51,580 nt of DNA. Origin: Lenisia limosa. Lineage: Eukaryota; Protista; Breviatea. A program made the position numbers and the translations under genes. The first letter of the stretch is position 1; each line of letters begins with the position of its first letter. This document shows, piece after piece, positions 49,487 to 51,580 of this stretch. The stretch is taken from assembly GCA_001655205.1 (NCBI GenBank), contig LPNZ01007732.1, forward strand, positions 1-51,580, written 5' to 3'. The notes beneath the pieces are model-generated. The model did no database searches. It was not told where the DNA came from and was given only the letters and a program-made list of their open reading frames with translations.

Positions 49487-51580
49487 TTAGCAGCAAGAAT
49501 GGGAAGAGTCGTGTGAGTCGAGGGGGACAAACTTCTCTGAAAGGTAAGGGAAAAGAGGTGACACGACCTTTACAGTTGATAAATGGGAAATACGGAAATG
49601 GGAAAGAGCCACGCGAAGCAACCACCCATTCCCCTCCTAAACCCCAGTTTTATGCGAAGACATGGTGCTCTGTTAGTGTGCCACCATACCTCTGAAAACG
49701 CGGTCAAATGTGGCGTATTGGCATGCGGCAACGTAGTATAGTCGCTTCACAAAGTCCTCCATGTTTTCACCTAGAGAGTCAACCAGGGTATATTGCGATG
49801 AGAAATCAAAAATAAGGTTGTACTTGGCCGAAGCCGTCCACACCATCGCGCTTAAAAGAGATATTGGAGTGAAATAGTTACACAGTACTTCCCATCCCAA
49901 GTAAAGTCAAAAGGGGGGGGGGTTGATAGAAAAACAAGAAAAAAGCACATTAAAGCGGTCATTTTGAAAAAAACATCACCCCCAAAAATACTGCTCATGA
50001 AAATGTTCCAATTCCTATTGTGACAAGTGATCAGTTACTCTTGCATATGAAAAAAGTAGTAGAGACCACTTTATAGTAAAACAAGCAAAAAAAGAGATCA
50101 TTCTTGATGAAAATAAATAAGTAAAAATATTAATATATATAAAAAAAAAACAATTACAAGTCAAAACATTTGTAGGTCCCTTTGGACCCCCTCCTACAGG
50201 AGCTTGCCGACACCTCCCAGTACTCCAGACCGAATTCCTTAGCAAACTGCGTGGCAGTGTCAACGACACCTTCGGACCTCTGAAGGTCAGGTTTCGATAT
50301 ACCCAAAATATGGCATTTGAGGGCATTGTGTGTGGGGTATGTATTATTAACATACATGTAAATGTATACATAATATACCTATACTACATATAGCTATGCT
50401 GTTAATATTCAAGGGTTTCTTCGCATGCCTCCCCATGTAAAGCAACATAAGATGGAAAATTTACCAGAATAATGATTTGATAATATCTACATAGAATATA
50501 TCGATGACATTGTGTATCATATTCAGTGACCTCTCTCACTGGCAGGTCTTTTTTAAGCCCGACGAGAAACATTCTGGCTGTGTCTGTGTGTTCCCTCAGC
50601 ATTGTATACCTGTGAAACCGTTAGAAAACAGAGTACACCATCCCCTGATAATAACACAACAAATATATCACCGGAGCTATGACCCACACTTCAAGTGAAG
50701 CAAGTAGATTCTAAAGATTCTCATTTTGATCCCCACCAGTGATCCAAGGTTTCTGTTGCCAACTGATTGGACAGATCAAAGCAGAGAAGAACTACCGACG
50801 CTCCCCTCATAAATGGCATTGACATGGCCCTACAGGCATAAGGTTCTCTTCAGCCCAATTTTCACAATGTAATAGAAAAATCACCCAACTCACATATACT
50901 TCTCTAGCCCGGCAGTGTCCCAGCTACAACAGGTTATTATGTGACATGCCATAAATGAAATTATATTTCTGAAATATTGGGTAGTTCATCATCCAAAACT
51001 TGATACATTGAATCATTCAAAGCGATAATAACACTAAAACAGGAAGTGCGAACAGCCCCTCACAATTGCGATTTGTACTGCACATTATCGATCGAAAAGA
51101 GCCGGTGTTCAACTCCATAGCCTATTGTAGCCTGAAATATAGTTAGTGCTTTGAGAGTAAGAAAATTTACAAACGATATGATCTGGGAAAAAAAGATTAG
51201 GGGCCCATGTGATGTATCAATATTTCATTTAATTACACTCATAGAAGCAGCAGACCTGGGCTCCCTCTTGAAAGGTTCCATAAACAATGCGGTGGACAAG
51301 ACAGGTTTTCCCGACGGAAAAGGGACCACACACAACAATCTTTATGATAGGATTGTCATCCTTGTCGGGACTGAATATTGTCCTTAGCGAGCCTGGCGAT
51401 GAGAGCTCACTACACGTTTAATAGGAGAGGAAAAAAATTGCATTTGGTTCCATAAAACATACAAGTGGTGTGGGAGCGGCTCGCCTTGAAGATTGAATGC
51501 GTGTTGGTACGGTGGTGGAATGTCGTCAATAGTCACACAAGATGGGGGGTGGGAGGAGGAGAGGGCGATGGAGGTGACAT
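49487..51580 (-). CDS. RAB34: Rab34/Rab36-like small GTPase, 5'-partial
   Basis: KIVVCGPFSVGKTCLVHR (P-loop), ATIG, WDTAGLEKY|MAMSMPFMRGASVVLLCFDL, FLVGLKKDL, EYWEVSASS..ENMEDFVKRL, and a C-terminal SHSCC* prenylation motif. SVGKTCL, FLVGxKKDL and EYWxVS resemble the Rab34/36 clade. Confidence 0.85.

Overview
Intron-rich eukaryotic scaffold (AT-rich, GT-AG spliceosomal introns of roughly 50-900 nt, many N gaps next to G/C homopolymers), probably from a flagellated protist. Taxonomy cannot be fixed from the sequence. The supplied ORF track mostly shows exon fragments, so genes were rebuilt by hand from splice sites and reading phase; gene boundaries are approximate. Recognisable genes: a rotatin-like ARM protein (+), a 12.5-kb tandem transmembrane class III nucleotide cyclase with non-canonical catalytic residues (-), a ZNRD2/SSSCA1-like Zn-ribbon protein (-), a TMEM135-like protein (+), a TSNAXIP1_N-like coiled-coil protein (-), three secreted fibrinogen-related paralogs (one complete, two running into an assembly gap) whose promoters share a double TGACGTCA palindrome, and a Rab34/36-like GTPase with a natural switch-II Q-to-L change. 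Several hypothetical genes are also present. Non-coding structure includes a short repeat family shared by three introns of the cyclase gene, a MITE-like inverted-repeat element, a perfect 32-bp inverted repeat in two different introns flanking an exon pair, a helically phased AGATCT array, and minisatellites. No rRNA, credible tRNA, CRISPR array or transposase ORF was seen. All family assignments rest on remembered motifs, not on database searches.
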